Origin: a virus
Lineage: Duplodnaviria; Caudoviricetes
Virus record (IMG/VR): IMGVR_UViG_3300012940_000071
Span: 1 to 32,042 of that record
Reading direction: 5' to 3' (one strand)
DNA length: 32,042 nt
Shown here: piece by piece, positions 18,048 through 25,970 of the stretch
Layout of the letters: each line of letters starts with the position of its first letter
Numbering within the stretch: position 1 is the stretch's first letter
Notes under the pieces: model-generated
What the model was told of the DNA's origin: nothing
The model's input: only the letters and a program-made list of their open reading frames with translations
Database searches by the model: none
Translations under genes and position numbers: made by a program

Positions 18048-19684
18048 TGTCAAGCGTGTATGACTGGAGCACCGATGCAGGCGCGAATGCGTCATCGGAC
18101 AGCGGAATAAATTGGGCGGAAGGCCAGCAGCCTAGCACGGTCAATAATTCGGCCCGCGCCATGATGGGCCGTCTTGCCGAGTTCGTGAAGGACATCGGCG
18201 GTTCTCTTGCGGCTGGCGGGACTGCGAACGGCATCACCGTTACCGCGAACGCCGATCTCGGCGCTTATGCGGACGGGATGATAATCGCATTCAAGGCGGC
18301 TGCTAACAACACGGGATCGACCACGCTCAACGTCAATGCGGTCGGCACAAGACAGATACGAAAGCTGACCGGTTCCGGCGACGTACCTCTTTCTGCCAAC
18401 GATATCCGGCAGAATGGCATCTATGTTTGCCGGTATAATTCCAGCCTCAACAGCGGCTCTGGCGGATGGCAGCTACTCAACCCGTCTGCCGGATTTGCGA
18501 ATCTTGTCTCCCCTTCGACCGATAATGCAATCGTGCGGTTTGACGGGACTTCGGGAGCATTGCAAGACAGCCTTGCATCGGTCAATGACATCGGGCGCGT
18601 GTCTGCCGTTGGCATCTTTTCTACCGCAGATATTCAGGCATCGAACGCCGATGTGATCGCATCCAACTATCAGGTTGGCGGGTCTGGCGTCTATTCGGTA
18701 TCCAGTGCTGGCACGATCCGGCTTCGTCCGAACGGCAAAGGCTCCAGCACAGGTGAAGTTTCGATTGAAACTAATGGGCAATTGTTTGCGCCAAATATTG
18801 CTTCCAATGTCTTTATTGGGACCAATGGTGGAAGTGCTCTTTTCACCACAGAAAACGGAACAGGCCAGTTCTTATTCCGCCCATTGGGGCCGTCAATAGG
18901 AACTGGACAATTCGTCATTGGCAACAGCGGCAATGTCGCGGTAAACGGCAACCTTACCGTTTCCGGCACCGCTAACCTGTCGTCTGGCGGTGTTCTCGGC
19001 TCATCGTCCTCCGATGCTGTTACCATCAAGGGCACGGCTGTTGCGTCGTTCTCATCGGGCCTTCTGGACAATTCCAGCGCGGCGGCATGGCGATCCGATC
19101 TCGGCCTCGGCTCTCTGGCGACACAGAACAGCGTCAACATCAACACGGGCACAACCGGAACGCTCTCCATCGCCAACGGCGGGACCGGCGCGACGAATGC
19201 GGCCACGGCGCTCGCCAATCTTGGCGTTTCGTCATTCTCATCGGGCCTTCTTGATAACACCAGTGCCGCTGCGTGGCGCTCCGATCTTGGCCTTGGCTCC
19301 CTGGCAACACAGAGCAGCGTCAATATCGTCAATGATACGACCGGGACGCTGTCTGTTGCACGTGGCGGCACGGGGGCGACAAGCTCGGCCTCGGCCCTTG
19401 CCAATCTTGGCGGGACGCCGACGCCATATAGCGGCGGCACCCACAACAATACCAATTTCCCGGTCGGGGATCGCGTGTTGGCAAGGGTGCCTAGCGGGGC
19501 GACGCTCCCTGCAAGGAATGAAGCAAGAGCCACCTATACGGACTCTGCCCCATCTGGACCGGGTTTCGTTACAAATTCCGGCACGGCGCAGCTTGCGGGC
19601 ACGTGGCGCGCGCGTGGCGCGTATTCTATCGACACAGGAGTACCGACAGATACCGGTCTGGTGGAAATGGTGAGGGTAGCATAA
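18047..19684 (+). CDS. tail fibre / receptor-binding protein, 545 aa
   Basis: N-terminal anchor INWAEGQQPSTVNNSARAMM; ANNTGSTTLNVN; GGTGAT..A.ALANLG repeats; C-terminal GTWRARG. Confidence 0.85.
   Translation: MSSVYDWSTDAGANASSDSGINWAEGQQPSTVNNSARAMMGRLAEFVKDIGGSLAAGGTANGITVTANADLGAYADGMIIAFKAAANNTGSTTLNVNAVGTRQIRKLTGSGDVPLSANDIRQNGIYVCRYNSSLNSGSGGWQLLNPSAGFANLVSPSTDNAIVRFDGTSGALQDSLASVNDIGRVSAVGIFSTADIQASNADVIASNYQVGGSGVYSVSSAGTIRLRPNGKGSSTGEVSIETNGQLFAPNIASNVFIGTNGGSALFTTENGTGQFLFRPLGPSIGTGQFVIGNSGNVAVNGNLTVSGTANLSSGGVLGSSSSDAVTIKGTAVASFSSGLLDNSSAAAWRSDLGLGSLATQNSVNINTGTTGTLSIANGGTGATNAATALANLGVSSFSSGLLDNTSAAAWRSDLGLGSLATQSSVNIVNDTTGTLSVARGGTGATSSASALANLGGTPTPYSGGTHNNTNFPVGDRVLARVPSGATLPARNEARATYTDSAPSGPGFVTNSGTAQLAGTWRARGAYSIDTGVPTDTGLVEMVRVA
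19040..19411 (+). repeat. tandem 186-bp (62-aa) duplication in tail fibre
   Basis: Units start at 19040 and 19226: V.SFSSGLLDN.SAAAWRSDLGLGSLATQ.SVNI...TTGTLS.A.GGTGAT....ALANLG. Confidence 0.9.
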
Positions 19685-19875
19685 TGCAGAGCTTTGAAGT
19701 CTTGACGATCAGCCCCACAGACGAGGATGACGTTTATAGCGTCACGCTCCGGCTGACATATGAGGACGGATCGCAAGAGGATGTCCTGTTTGCATCCCGT
19801 CCAGATGATCCATATGGGCTAGGCCCCGCCGTCCGCGAGGTCATCAACCAGCGCAAGGCTGACGGCCTGCTATGA
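19684..19875 (+). CDS. putative tail fibre assembly chaperone, 63 aa
   Basis: TAATG coupling; FASRPDDPYGLG motif; directly after the fibre. Confidence 0.55.
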   Translation: MQSFEVLTISPTDEDDVYSVTLRLTYEDGSQEDVLFASRPDDPYGLGPAVREVINQRKADGLL

Positions 19876-20462
19876 CTGCTAACTTCCTCACAAACCTTCC
19901 GGCTATTGAGGGGTTTTCGAGCGGGGATGACGTCCGCATTGTGACCTATCAGCACGGTCGCCTTGCCCATGCGCCGTTTGACGGCATCGCACAAATGGTC
20001 CTGCCTTCAGGCGGGACAGAAGGGCAGATTCTCGCCATTGTCGGCGGCGAACCCACGTGGATCAACAATATAGGCTATTCCAAGGGATCGTGGACGCCCT
20101 CCATAGCCTTTGGGGGTGGTTCGGTAGGGCAGGCGTATAGCAGTCAGTCAGGCGGCTATATCAGGATAGGCGATCTGGTATTCATCAGGTTCCGCGTTCA
20201 GTTCAGCAACAAGGGAACGTCTACAGGCAATGCGCATCTTGTCGGGCTTCCGTTTGAAATTCCGGTTAGCAGCAACGGCGTCGTCATATCCGGTTACTAC
20301 AACAACATGAGCCTGCCCAATCCTGGTATAACGGGATTCGGTGGGTCCGGTTTCAGTATCCAGTTGCGCAGCCTAAGCACAACCACAACGTCGAACCTGA
20401 CGGACGCGAATTTTACCAATACCAGCCTGCTTATCGGCAGCTTCATCTACGAGGCCGCTTAA
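19872..20462 (+). CDS. second fibre / receptor-binding domain protein
   Basis: LPSGGTEGQILA, GSWTP, GYIRIGDLVFI, GLPF motifs typical of fibre tip domains. Confidence 0.65.
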   Translation: MTANFLTNLPAIEGFSSGDDVRIVTYQHGRLAHAPFDGIAQMVLPSGGTEGQILAIVGGEPTWINNIGYSKGSWTPSIAFGGGSVGQAYSSQSGGYIRIGDLVFIRFRVQFSNKGTSTGNAHLVGLPFEIPVSSNGVVISGYYNNMSLPNPGITGFGGSGFSIQLRSLSTTTTSNLTDANFTNTSLLIGSFIYEAA

Positions 20463-20483
20463 TTACCCATAAGGATCACGTGC

Positions 20484-20681
20484 ATGCTCTCTTGGCTCGG
20501 CTCCCTGTCGCGCTTCATCAATCGCCTGTGCGGTGGATATGAACATGAGAGCCTGTGCGGAAGATGGGCGCGGACCCGTGGGCCTTACTCACGCATATGC
20601 CGTGCCATAGATTTCATCCTTGGCGACGGGCATTGCTGGGATGAAAGAATCCACACAATCAAGAAACGTGCAGGCAAGTAA
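20484..20681 (+). CDS. hypothetical protein, 65 aa
   Basis: AAGGA RBS; N...GG..HESLCGR...ID....GHC pattern seen in small pre-lysis proteins. Confidence 0.65.
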   Translation: MLSWLGSLSRFINRLCGGYEHESLCGRWARTRGPYSRICRAIDFILGDGHCWDERIHTIKKRAGK

Positions 20682-20753
20682 CGACATCTTGCGTCAAGCG
20701 TCTATTTTCGGTACAAGAAATAGACACTTGGAATTGTGCCTGTGATGCACAAC

Positions 20754-20783
20754 AGGGCGGCGATCTGACCGCCCTTTTTCTTT
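20754..20783 (+). terminator. Rho-independent terminator upstream of endolysin
   Basis: AGGGCGG...CCGCCCT followed by TTTTCTTT. Confidence 0.75.
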
Positions 20784-20805
20784 GTCAACCCTCCGGGAAA
20801 TCGTC

Positions 20806-21450
20806 ATGAACCTCGACACAGGCGACACACGTCTGATCCTCAGCGTGTGCAAGGCGAATGGCTTGTTGCGCAATCAGGCAGCCTACGTACTGGCAACAGT
20901 CTATCATGAATCAGCCCACACCATGAAGCCTGTCCGAGAGACGCTTGCATCATCGGACGCGCAGGCCATTTCCCGTCTCGAAAACGCATGGAAGAAAGGC
21001 CAGTTATCGTGGGTGAAAACCCCATACTGGCGCGAAGGTTTCTTCGGGCGCGGTTACGTCCAGCTTACGCACAAAACCAACTACGAGAAGGCCAGCAAGC
21101 GCCTCGGCGTGGATTTCGTTTCCAACCCAAGCCTTGTCATGAAACCCGATTACGCAGCCCGAATTCTGGTTCTTGGCATGGCGGCAGGCTGGTTCACCGG
21201 CAAGAAACTCTCCGATTACATCACGCTTTCCAAGTCCGATTTCACCAACGCGCGCCGGATCGTGAACGGGACGGATCGCGCTTCGCTGATAGCCGGATAC
21301 GCCAAGACCTATGACCAGCTTTTGAAAGCTGAGGGTTATGGCGAAACCACCATCACCCAATCTCCCGCGGATGACGTGCAGGAATACAGCCCCATCCAGA
21401 AGCTGATTACCGCCATCATCAACGCGATTTCTTCAATCTTCCGTCGATAG
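20806..21450 (+). CDS. endolysin, glycoside hydrolase family 19, 214 aa
   Basis: AYVLATVYHES, FFGRGYVQLT, NY, ARRIVNG motifs; amphipathic basic C-terminus. Confidence 0.9.
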   Translation: MNLDTGDTRLILSVCKANGLLRNQAAYVLATVYHESAHTMKPVRETLASSDAQAISRLENAWKKGQLSWVKTPYWREGFFGRGYVQLTHKTNYEKASKRLGVDFVSNPSLVMKPDYAARILVLGMAAGWFTGKKLSDYITLSKSDFTNARRIVNGTDRASLIAGYAKTYDQLLKAEGYGETTITQSPADDVQEYSPIQKLITAIINAISSIFRR

Positions 21451-21461
21451 GAGTTTGCCAT

Positions 21462-21626
21462 ATGGCAAGGTATCGGAAAGCCCTTGCGGCCATCATCGGC
21501 GTGTCCGCGCTCATAGCCATGCGTTATTTCGACATAAAGCTTCTTGGCATGGACGCTATCGTGCTTGACCTGATTACCGGCGCGCTGACGGCGTGGGGCG
21601 TCTATCAAGTGCCAAACGAGCAGTAG
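21462..21626 (+). CDS. small 2-TM holin-like protein, 54 aa (not in ORF track)
   Basis: AGGAG RBS; MARYRKALAAIIGVSALIAMRYFDIKLLGMDAIVLDLITGALTAWGVYQVPNEQ. Confidence 0.7.
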   Translation: MARYRKALAAIIGVSALIAMRYFDIKLLGMDAIVLDLITGALTAWGVYQVPNEQ

Positions 21627-21627
21627 C

Positions 21628-21984
21628 ATGATTGGCTGGCTTGTTTCGCTTCTGCTAAAGCCTCTCACATCCCTTGGCGAGAAGTACCTACAGAACCAGA
21701 ACGACAAGGCGCGCCTTGAGGCAGGATTGGCAGAGGCGGCCTACAAGGCTGACGCAGCCGTTCGACCGGCGAAACTTGCGTCAATCTTCGGACGCCTGCC
21801 GCTGTTCATCGCTGAGACTGCCTGCGCAATCTATGTCGCGGCCATTCTCATCGATAGCACATTCCCGATGGCATGGCTTACCCCCCTGCAACTTCCCGGC
21901 TGGTTCCTTTCCCGCTTTGACATGATCCTTGCAAGCGTCTTTGGCCTCGCCACCTTCGAGCGTGTGGTCAGGGGGCGCAAATGA
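21628..21984 (+). CDS. membrane protein, 3TM (GTA-type) holin-like
   Basis: N-terminal amphipathic helix, DKARLE linker, two TM segments, FG...ERV basic end. Confidence 0.55.
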   Translation: MIGWLVSLLLKPLTSLGEKYLQNQNDKARLEAGLAEAAYKADAAVRPAKLASIFGRLPLFIAETACAIYVAAILIDSTFPMAWLTPLQLPGWFLSRFDMILASVFGLATFERVVRGRK

Positions 21985-22334
21985 CAGCCGAACAGATAGC
22001 GGGCGCAATCATCTTCTTCATCACCGTATCCGGCGTTCTTTGGGGCGTCTGGTGGCGTATCGAAGGCAAGGTTAAGGAAGCCAAGAACGAGGCCAGCATG
22101 AAAGCCGAGGCAGCAGCCGCGCTTGCCGGAACGGCTCGCCAAGAGTTGGCGGAATATCGCACCCACGTTGCGGAGACCTTCGTCACCAAACAGGGGCAGA
22201 AGGAACAGACCGAAACAATGCTCATTGCGATCAACGGCATTCGGACGGACATCAAGGGTCTGAATGACCGGATTGACCGGATATTCGAATCTGGCGCTGT
22301 GCGGCAATCCCGCCCCCGGTCAGGCAACGGCTAG
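21981..22334 (+). CDS. membrane-anchored coiled-coil lysis-cassette protein
   Basis: N-terminal TM, coiled coil, HVAETFVTK...RIDRI; ATGA overlap. Confidence 0.65.
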   Translation: MTAEQIAGAIIFFITVSGVLWGVWWRIEGKVKEAKNEASMKAEAAAALAGTARQELAEYRTHVAETFVTKQGQKEQTETMLIAINGIRTDIKGLNDRIDRIFESGAVRQSRPRSGNG

Positions 22335-22406
22335 AATTCAGCCATCAAGGCAATAGAGCCGCCTTACACCAAGCGCTCATTCCTCCCTAGCACGAAAGGC
22401 GCTGAT

Positions 22407-23039
22407 ATGGGCGCTATCCCTCTGTGGGGCCGTCTTGGCCTCGTTGCGTTGCTTTGCGTTGCGTTTATTTCGCTTGTGGCGGCAAAGCCGTCTGCTTCTC
22501 CCACCTCTCCTGTCGTCAAGGTGATGACCGAAAATGGTCATGGAACGGGCGTATCTATCGGCAACAGCATCATCCTCACTGCCGATCATGTCGTAGGCGA
22601 TGAAAAGACCGTCAAGCTCAAGACGGAGGCCGGGAACATCATTGAAGGTGAAGTTCTCTGGACCAGCGAGAAATACGACATTGCCTATGTCCGCGCCAAA
22701 GGCACGGAAGGCATCGGATCGGCAAGGCTCTCCTGCCGTGAACCTCGTCTTGGCGAGGAAATCACCATTCGCGGTAATCCGTCCAACCAGGAATTCATAA
22801 CTGTATGGGGCCGCGTGGCCGGTCCTGCGCGCGAGGTCTATCGATGGGCTTCCGTGACGGTTGCCAACATGGCGATCATCCCCGGCCAGAGTGGCGGTCC
22901 AGTGATGGATGATGACGGGAACGTTGTCGGGATCGTCGTAGGTGTCATGGGATCGCAAGTTGGCTTCGGCGTCTCTCTGGTAGGCGTCGGCTATTTCGTC
23001 CCCGGCGATGTCATTTGCGGCCTTCTTGCCCGCGCATGA
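22407..23039 (+). CDS. secreted trypsin-like (S1) serine protease
   Basis: Signal peptide; triad LTADHVV / YDIA / PGQSGGP. Confidence 0.88.
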   Translation: MGAIPLWGRLGLVALLCVAFISLVAAKPSASPTSPVVKVMTENGHGTGVSIGNSIILTADHVVGDEKTVKLKTEAGNIIEGEVLWTSEKYDIAYVRAKGTEGIGSARLSCREPRLGEEITIRGNPSNQEFITVWGRVAGPAREVYRWASVTVANMAIIPGQSGGPVMDDDGNVVGIVVGVMGSQVGFGVSLVGVGYFVPGDVICGLLARA

Positions 23040-23122
23040 CGCCACTTGAACATCGCATTCTGGGGATCGCGGTTTGGGCTGTGATCCTCGGCCTCATGTC
23101 CAGTTGTTATCAGGGACTGTGA
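23036..23122 (+). CDS. 28-aa single-TM peptide (not in ORF track)
   Basis: ATGA overlap; MTPLEHRILGIAVWAVILGLMSSCYQGL. Confidence 0.45.
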   Translation: MTPLEHRILGIAVWAVILGLMSSCYQGL

Positions 23123-23128
23123 TATAAT

Positions 23129-24268
23129 ATGCCCACACCGAGATTGACGGTGAATGACCCCTCCGTGGCCGAAGTCATGGCCCTGTGGGATAGCATGGAC
23201 AAGCCACGTGTTTCCGATGTCGCGGAAGCCCTCGGCAAGGAATGGAAATACATCAAGCGCCGCGTTGATCTGGCGCTAGCGGCAAGAAATCGTGATCCTG
23301 CCATTCAGGAAGGCATGGACGCTATCGGGACCGGATTAACACCAGCCGGGATGTGGATTAAAACCGGACGGGACGCGGACGGGGTTTCCCGGTCGATATA
23401 TCTGCGACCGCAACAGGAAGCCGCAGAGGACGTTCTAGAGCGCATCCGTGGTGCGTTCGAGGGTATGGAGCCTGCGAAGCCTGTCACTGCACCTGATGCC
23501 GTGCATGATGAATTGTGCACGGTTTACGCCATCGCTGACATGCACATAGGCCAGATGTCATGGGGCAGGGAAGTTGGCGAGCCGTACAATACGGATATTG
23601 CTGTTGCCCGTCTTCGCGACTGGATAGGGCGATTGGTGGCGTCCTCTCCCGCTTCCAAGGAAGCCATCATCCTTGACGTTGGCGACACGACGCACATGGA
23701 CGATAGCACCAACCAAACCCCGCGTTCCAAGCATGTTCTGGACGTTGATAGCCGATACTTCCGAACGATTGAGGAAACGGTTGCCGCCCTATCAGACGCG
23801 GTGGAATTAACGCTCGCCAAGCATGAGCACGTTACAGTGGTCATTCTGGAAGGCAATCACTCCCCGCATTCATGTGTCGCGCTCATATTCGCGCTGGCGG
23901 AACGCTACCGCAATGAGCCTCGCGTGACGGTCAGGAAGGAGCCCGGAGGGTTTTGGGCTTATCAGTTTGGAAAGAACATGTTCGCCGCGACACACGGTGA
24001 CAAGGCGACACCGCAACGAGCCGTCATGTTCATGGCGGATGAATATGCAGAGATGTGGGGGCAGACGCGCCACAGGTTCTTGTGGACCGGACACTTGCAC
24101 AGCGCCAAGATGCAGGACATCGGAGGCGTCAAACATGAGCAGCTTCGCGCTATGACATCGCGGGATGCCTACGCATATTCGAGCGCCTACGTTGCCAGGT
24201 CTCAGTTACAGGCCATAACTTTCCACTCAAAATCTGGAGAAATGCAACGCTCCTACGTGGGTCTATAA
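23129..24268 (+). CDS. calcineurin-like metallophosphoesterase with N-terminal HTH-like segment
   Basis: DMHIG, GD, GNH, HGD, GHLH motifs. Confidence 0.88.
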   Translation: MPTPRLTVNDPSVAEVMALWDSMDKPRVSDVAEALGKEWKYIKRRVDLALAARNRDPAIQEGMDAIGTGLTPAGMWIKTGRDADGVSRSIYLRPQQEAAEDVLERIRGAFEGMEPAKPVTAPDAVHDELCTVYAIADMHIGQMSWGREVGEPYNTDIAVARLRDWIGRLVASSPASKEAIILDVGDTTHMDDSTNQTPRSKHVLDVDSRYFRTIEETVAALSDAVELTLAKHEHVTVVILEGNHSPHSCVALIFALAERYRNEPRVTVRKEPGGFWAYQFGKNMFAATHGDKATPQRAVMFMADEYAEMWGQTRHRFLWTGHLHSAKMQDIGGVKHEQLRAMTSRDAYAYSSAYVARSQLQAITFHSKSGEMQRSYVGL

Positions 24269-24304
24269 CTCTAGGAAAATCATGGGATTACGGCTATATT
24301 GGGC

Positions 24305-24375
24305 GGGCTGATTTGGTGTTGGAAGCACCAAAACCAGCCCTGACCAAACGAGCGATAGGAGCGCCCGATATGGCT
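24305..24375 (+). promoter_or_regulatory. structured leader of HNH gene
   Basis: GGGCTG-A-TTTGGTG...CACCAAA-AC-CAGCCC hairpin (24305-24340); second imperfect stem encloses the AGGAG RBS. Confidence 0.6.
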
Positions 24376-25095
24376 GACCAATCTCTATGCAAAATCGAAG
24401 GCTGCGGCAAGCGTGTGCATCATAGCGGCGTGTGCTCGATGCATGCTGAGCGCATCCGGAAGCACGGCTCCCCGGACAAGGGCGCATTCAAGCCGAAGGG
24501 GAAATGCTCAATTCCTGACTGTGGCAGGCAGCACTACGGGAAGGGATATTGTGTTAAGCACTACAAGCGGTGGCGTAAGCATGGCGACCCACTTGGCGGG
24601 GGCACCGATTGGGGCGCAGCGCAGAGGTTCATTGCCGAAGCTATAAGCTCTGATACGGATGACTGCATCATCTACCCGTTTTACCGCAATTCGAACGGAT
24701 ACGGATGGATGAATACGCCATCAGGCACAATGGGCGCGCATGTCTACGCAGCGATCTTGGCGCATGGCGAGAAGCCCACTCCGAAACATGAAGCCTGCCA
24801 CCAATGCGGGAACGGCCGCCTTGGATGCGTCAATCCGAGACACATCTATTGGGGCACTCGTTCCGACAATGTGAAGGACGCATACGGGCACGGGACCATG
24901 AAGGGTAACCGAGGTCGTTATGGTGAGAAATCGGCTTCCGCCAAATACTCGGATGCCTTCATTGATGAGATACGGCGGGCTCTAGAACGTGGTGAGAAGC
25001 AAATGGCAATAGCCGCTAAATACGACATTTCACAAACCCACGTCAGTCGCATCAAAAATGGTGCCAGGTCCAAAATGGTTTCGGTGAATGCATGA
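24370..25095 (+). CDS. HNH homing endonuclease-like protein, 241 aa
   Basis: Two N-terminal C-x4-C...C-x2-H repeats; ACHQCGNG..GCVNPRHIYWGTRSDN; C-terminal HTH. Confidence 0.88.
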   Translation: MADQSLCKIEGCGKRVHHSGVCSMHAERIRKHGSPDKGAFKPKGKCSIPDCGRQHYGKGYCVKHYKRWRKHGDPLGGGTDWGAAQRFIAEAISSDTDDCIIYPFYRNSNGYGWMNTPSGTMGAHVYAAILAHGEKPTPKHEACHQCGNGRLGCVNPRHIYWGTRSDNVKDAYGHGTMKGNRGRYGEKSASAKYSDAFIDEIRRALERGEKQMAIAAKYDISQTHVSRIKNGARSKMVSVNA

Positions 25096-25277
25096 CAATC
25101 CAAAGCAAGGTTCAGGAGTTCCTATCCCTCACTGATGGCGACCCGCACCGCGCACTTGTGCTTGCTGTCAAGTGCCTAGCGGCGACCGGATACAACGTCA
25201 GTGCAGGATTTGTAAGGTGTTCGCCATATGGCGAGGTGTCACCTGCGAAAGATCGTGGAGAAGTGCTGGATGTCTAA
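25092..25277 (+). CDS. hypothetical protein, 61 aa
   Basis: ATGA overlap upstream; overlaps next gene. Confidence 0.6.
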   Translation: MTIQSKVQEFLSLTDGDPHRALVLAVKCLAATGYNVSAGFVRCSPYGEVSPAKDRGEVLDV

Positions 25278-25539
25278 ATCATCAGATGGCGGGCCGACTT
25301 CATACTACGAGATACCCGAAGGCGCGAGGGAGCTTAACGATCTCATCGAACACAAGAATATGAGCTTTGCCTTGGGTAATATATTCAAGGCTTGCTATCG
25401 CTTCGGTGAGAAAGACGCGGCATCGCGCATGTACGACATCAACAAAATCATCTATTTTGCGAACCGCTTAAAGGCTATTGAGGAACGTCGCGATCCTACG
25501 AATCCAACGGCTATTAAAGTTTATCGCCGTTCCCTTTAG
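25270..25539 (+). CDS. DUF3310-like protein, 89 aa
   Basis: SYY...DLIE..NMSFALGNIFKACYR.GEK...D..K motif. Confidence 0.65.
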   Translation: MSKSSDGGPTSYYEIPEGARELNDLIEHKNMSFALGNIFKACYRFGEKDAASRMYDINKIIYFANRLKAIEERRDPTNPTAIKVYRRSL

Positions 25540-25566
25540 CTAAGCCATCCTTTGCTAAAGCAGACT

Positions 25567-25668
25567 TTAATAAACCAGCCACGTCACCGCCTCGTAAACA
25601 ACCGTCCCTATAAGCCCTAGAGCAAGGATGGTGAGAAAGGTGGGTTCAGGGAGGCCTCCGGGTCTCAT
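25567..25668 (-). CDS. 33-aa single-TM peptide (not in ORF track)
   Basis: MRPGGLPEPTFLTILALGLIGTVVYEAVTWLVY; ATGA-coupled to Zn-ribbon ORF. Confidence 0.45.
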   Translation of the reverse strand: MRPGGLPEPTFLTILALGLIGTVVYEAVTWLVY

Positions 25669-25880
25669 GGCTGGAACGCCGCGAACGAATTGCATTGAGG
25701 GCACTGGACCAGTTTCCCCGGTTTTCTTTTACCCGTCCAGCCACAAGCGCCGCATTCGACGGGAAGGAAAGTGGAACACCCAACGCCCGCACCTTCTTTA
25801 TCCGGTGCGGGGGAAATGCCAGATTCCCCAATGATTTCAATCTGATGGAAATCGGATGGTGCGGTCGAGAATTGTGCCAT
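25665..25880 (-). CDS. small zinc-ribbon protein spanning the att core
   Basis: VECGACGW...VQCPQC double CxxC; weak RBS. Confidence 0.45.
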   Translation of the reverse strand: MAQFSTAPSDFHQIEIIGESGISPAPDKEGAGVGCSTFLPVECGACGWTGKRKPGKLVQCPQCNSFAAFQP

Positions 25881-25970
25881 AGATCAATGATTCCAGTATC
25901 TTAGACGCCCGCACCTAGCCTAACTGGCCCATTGATTTTATTGAAGACTTTTCTTGGTGCGCCCGCACCT
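25784..25970. repeat. putative integrase arm-type sites CGCCCGCACCT
   Basis: Perfect 11-mers at 25784-25794, 25906-25916, 25960-25970; inverted 8-mer GGTGCGGG at 25804-25811; they flank the core. Confidence 0.7.
25857..25871 (-). mobile_element. attP: attP core TTCTCGACCGCACCA (3' end of a tRNA-Leu)
   Basis: CCA-ending 15-mer matching my recollection of the alphaproteobacterial tRNA-Leu(GAG) 3' end; about 45 bp past the int stop. Confidence 0.75.

Noticed and set aside
19040-19411. Fibre repeat pair as a DGR template/variable repeat
   Set aside because: Differences are mainly synonymous and not adenine-specific, both copies are in frame, and no reverse transcriptase is in the window.
23123-23128. 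Perfect TATAAT
   Set aside because: Abuts the ATG at 23129, too close to drive that gene, and no clear -35.
25857-25871. tRNA gene
   Set aside because: Only the 3' 15 nt are present with no cloverleaf; interpreted as att core.
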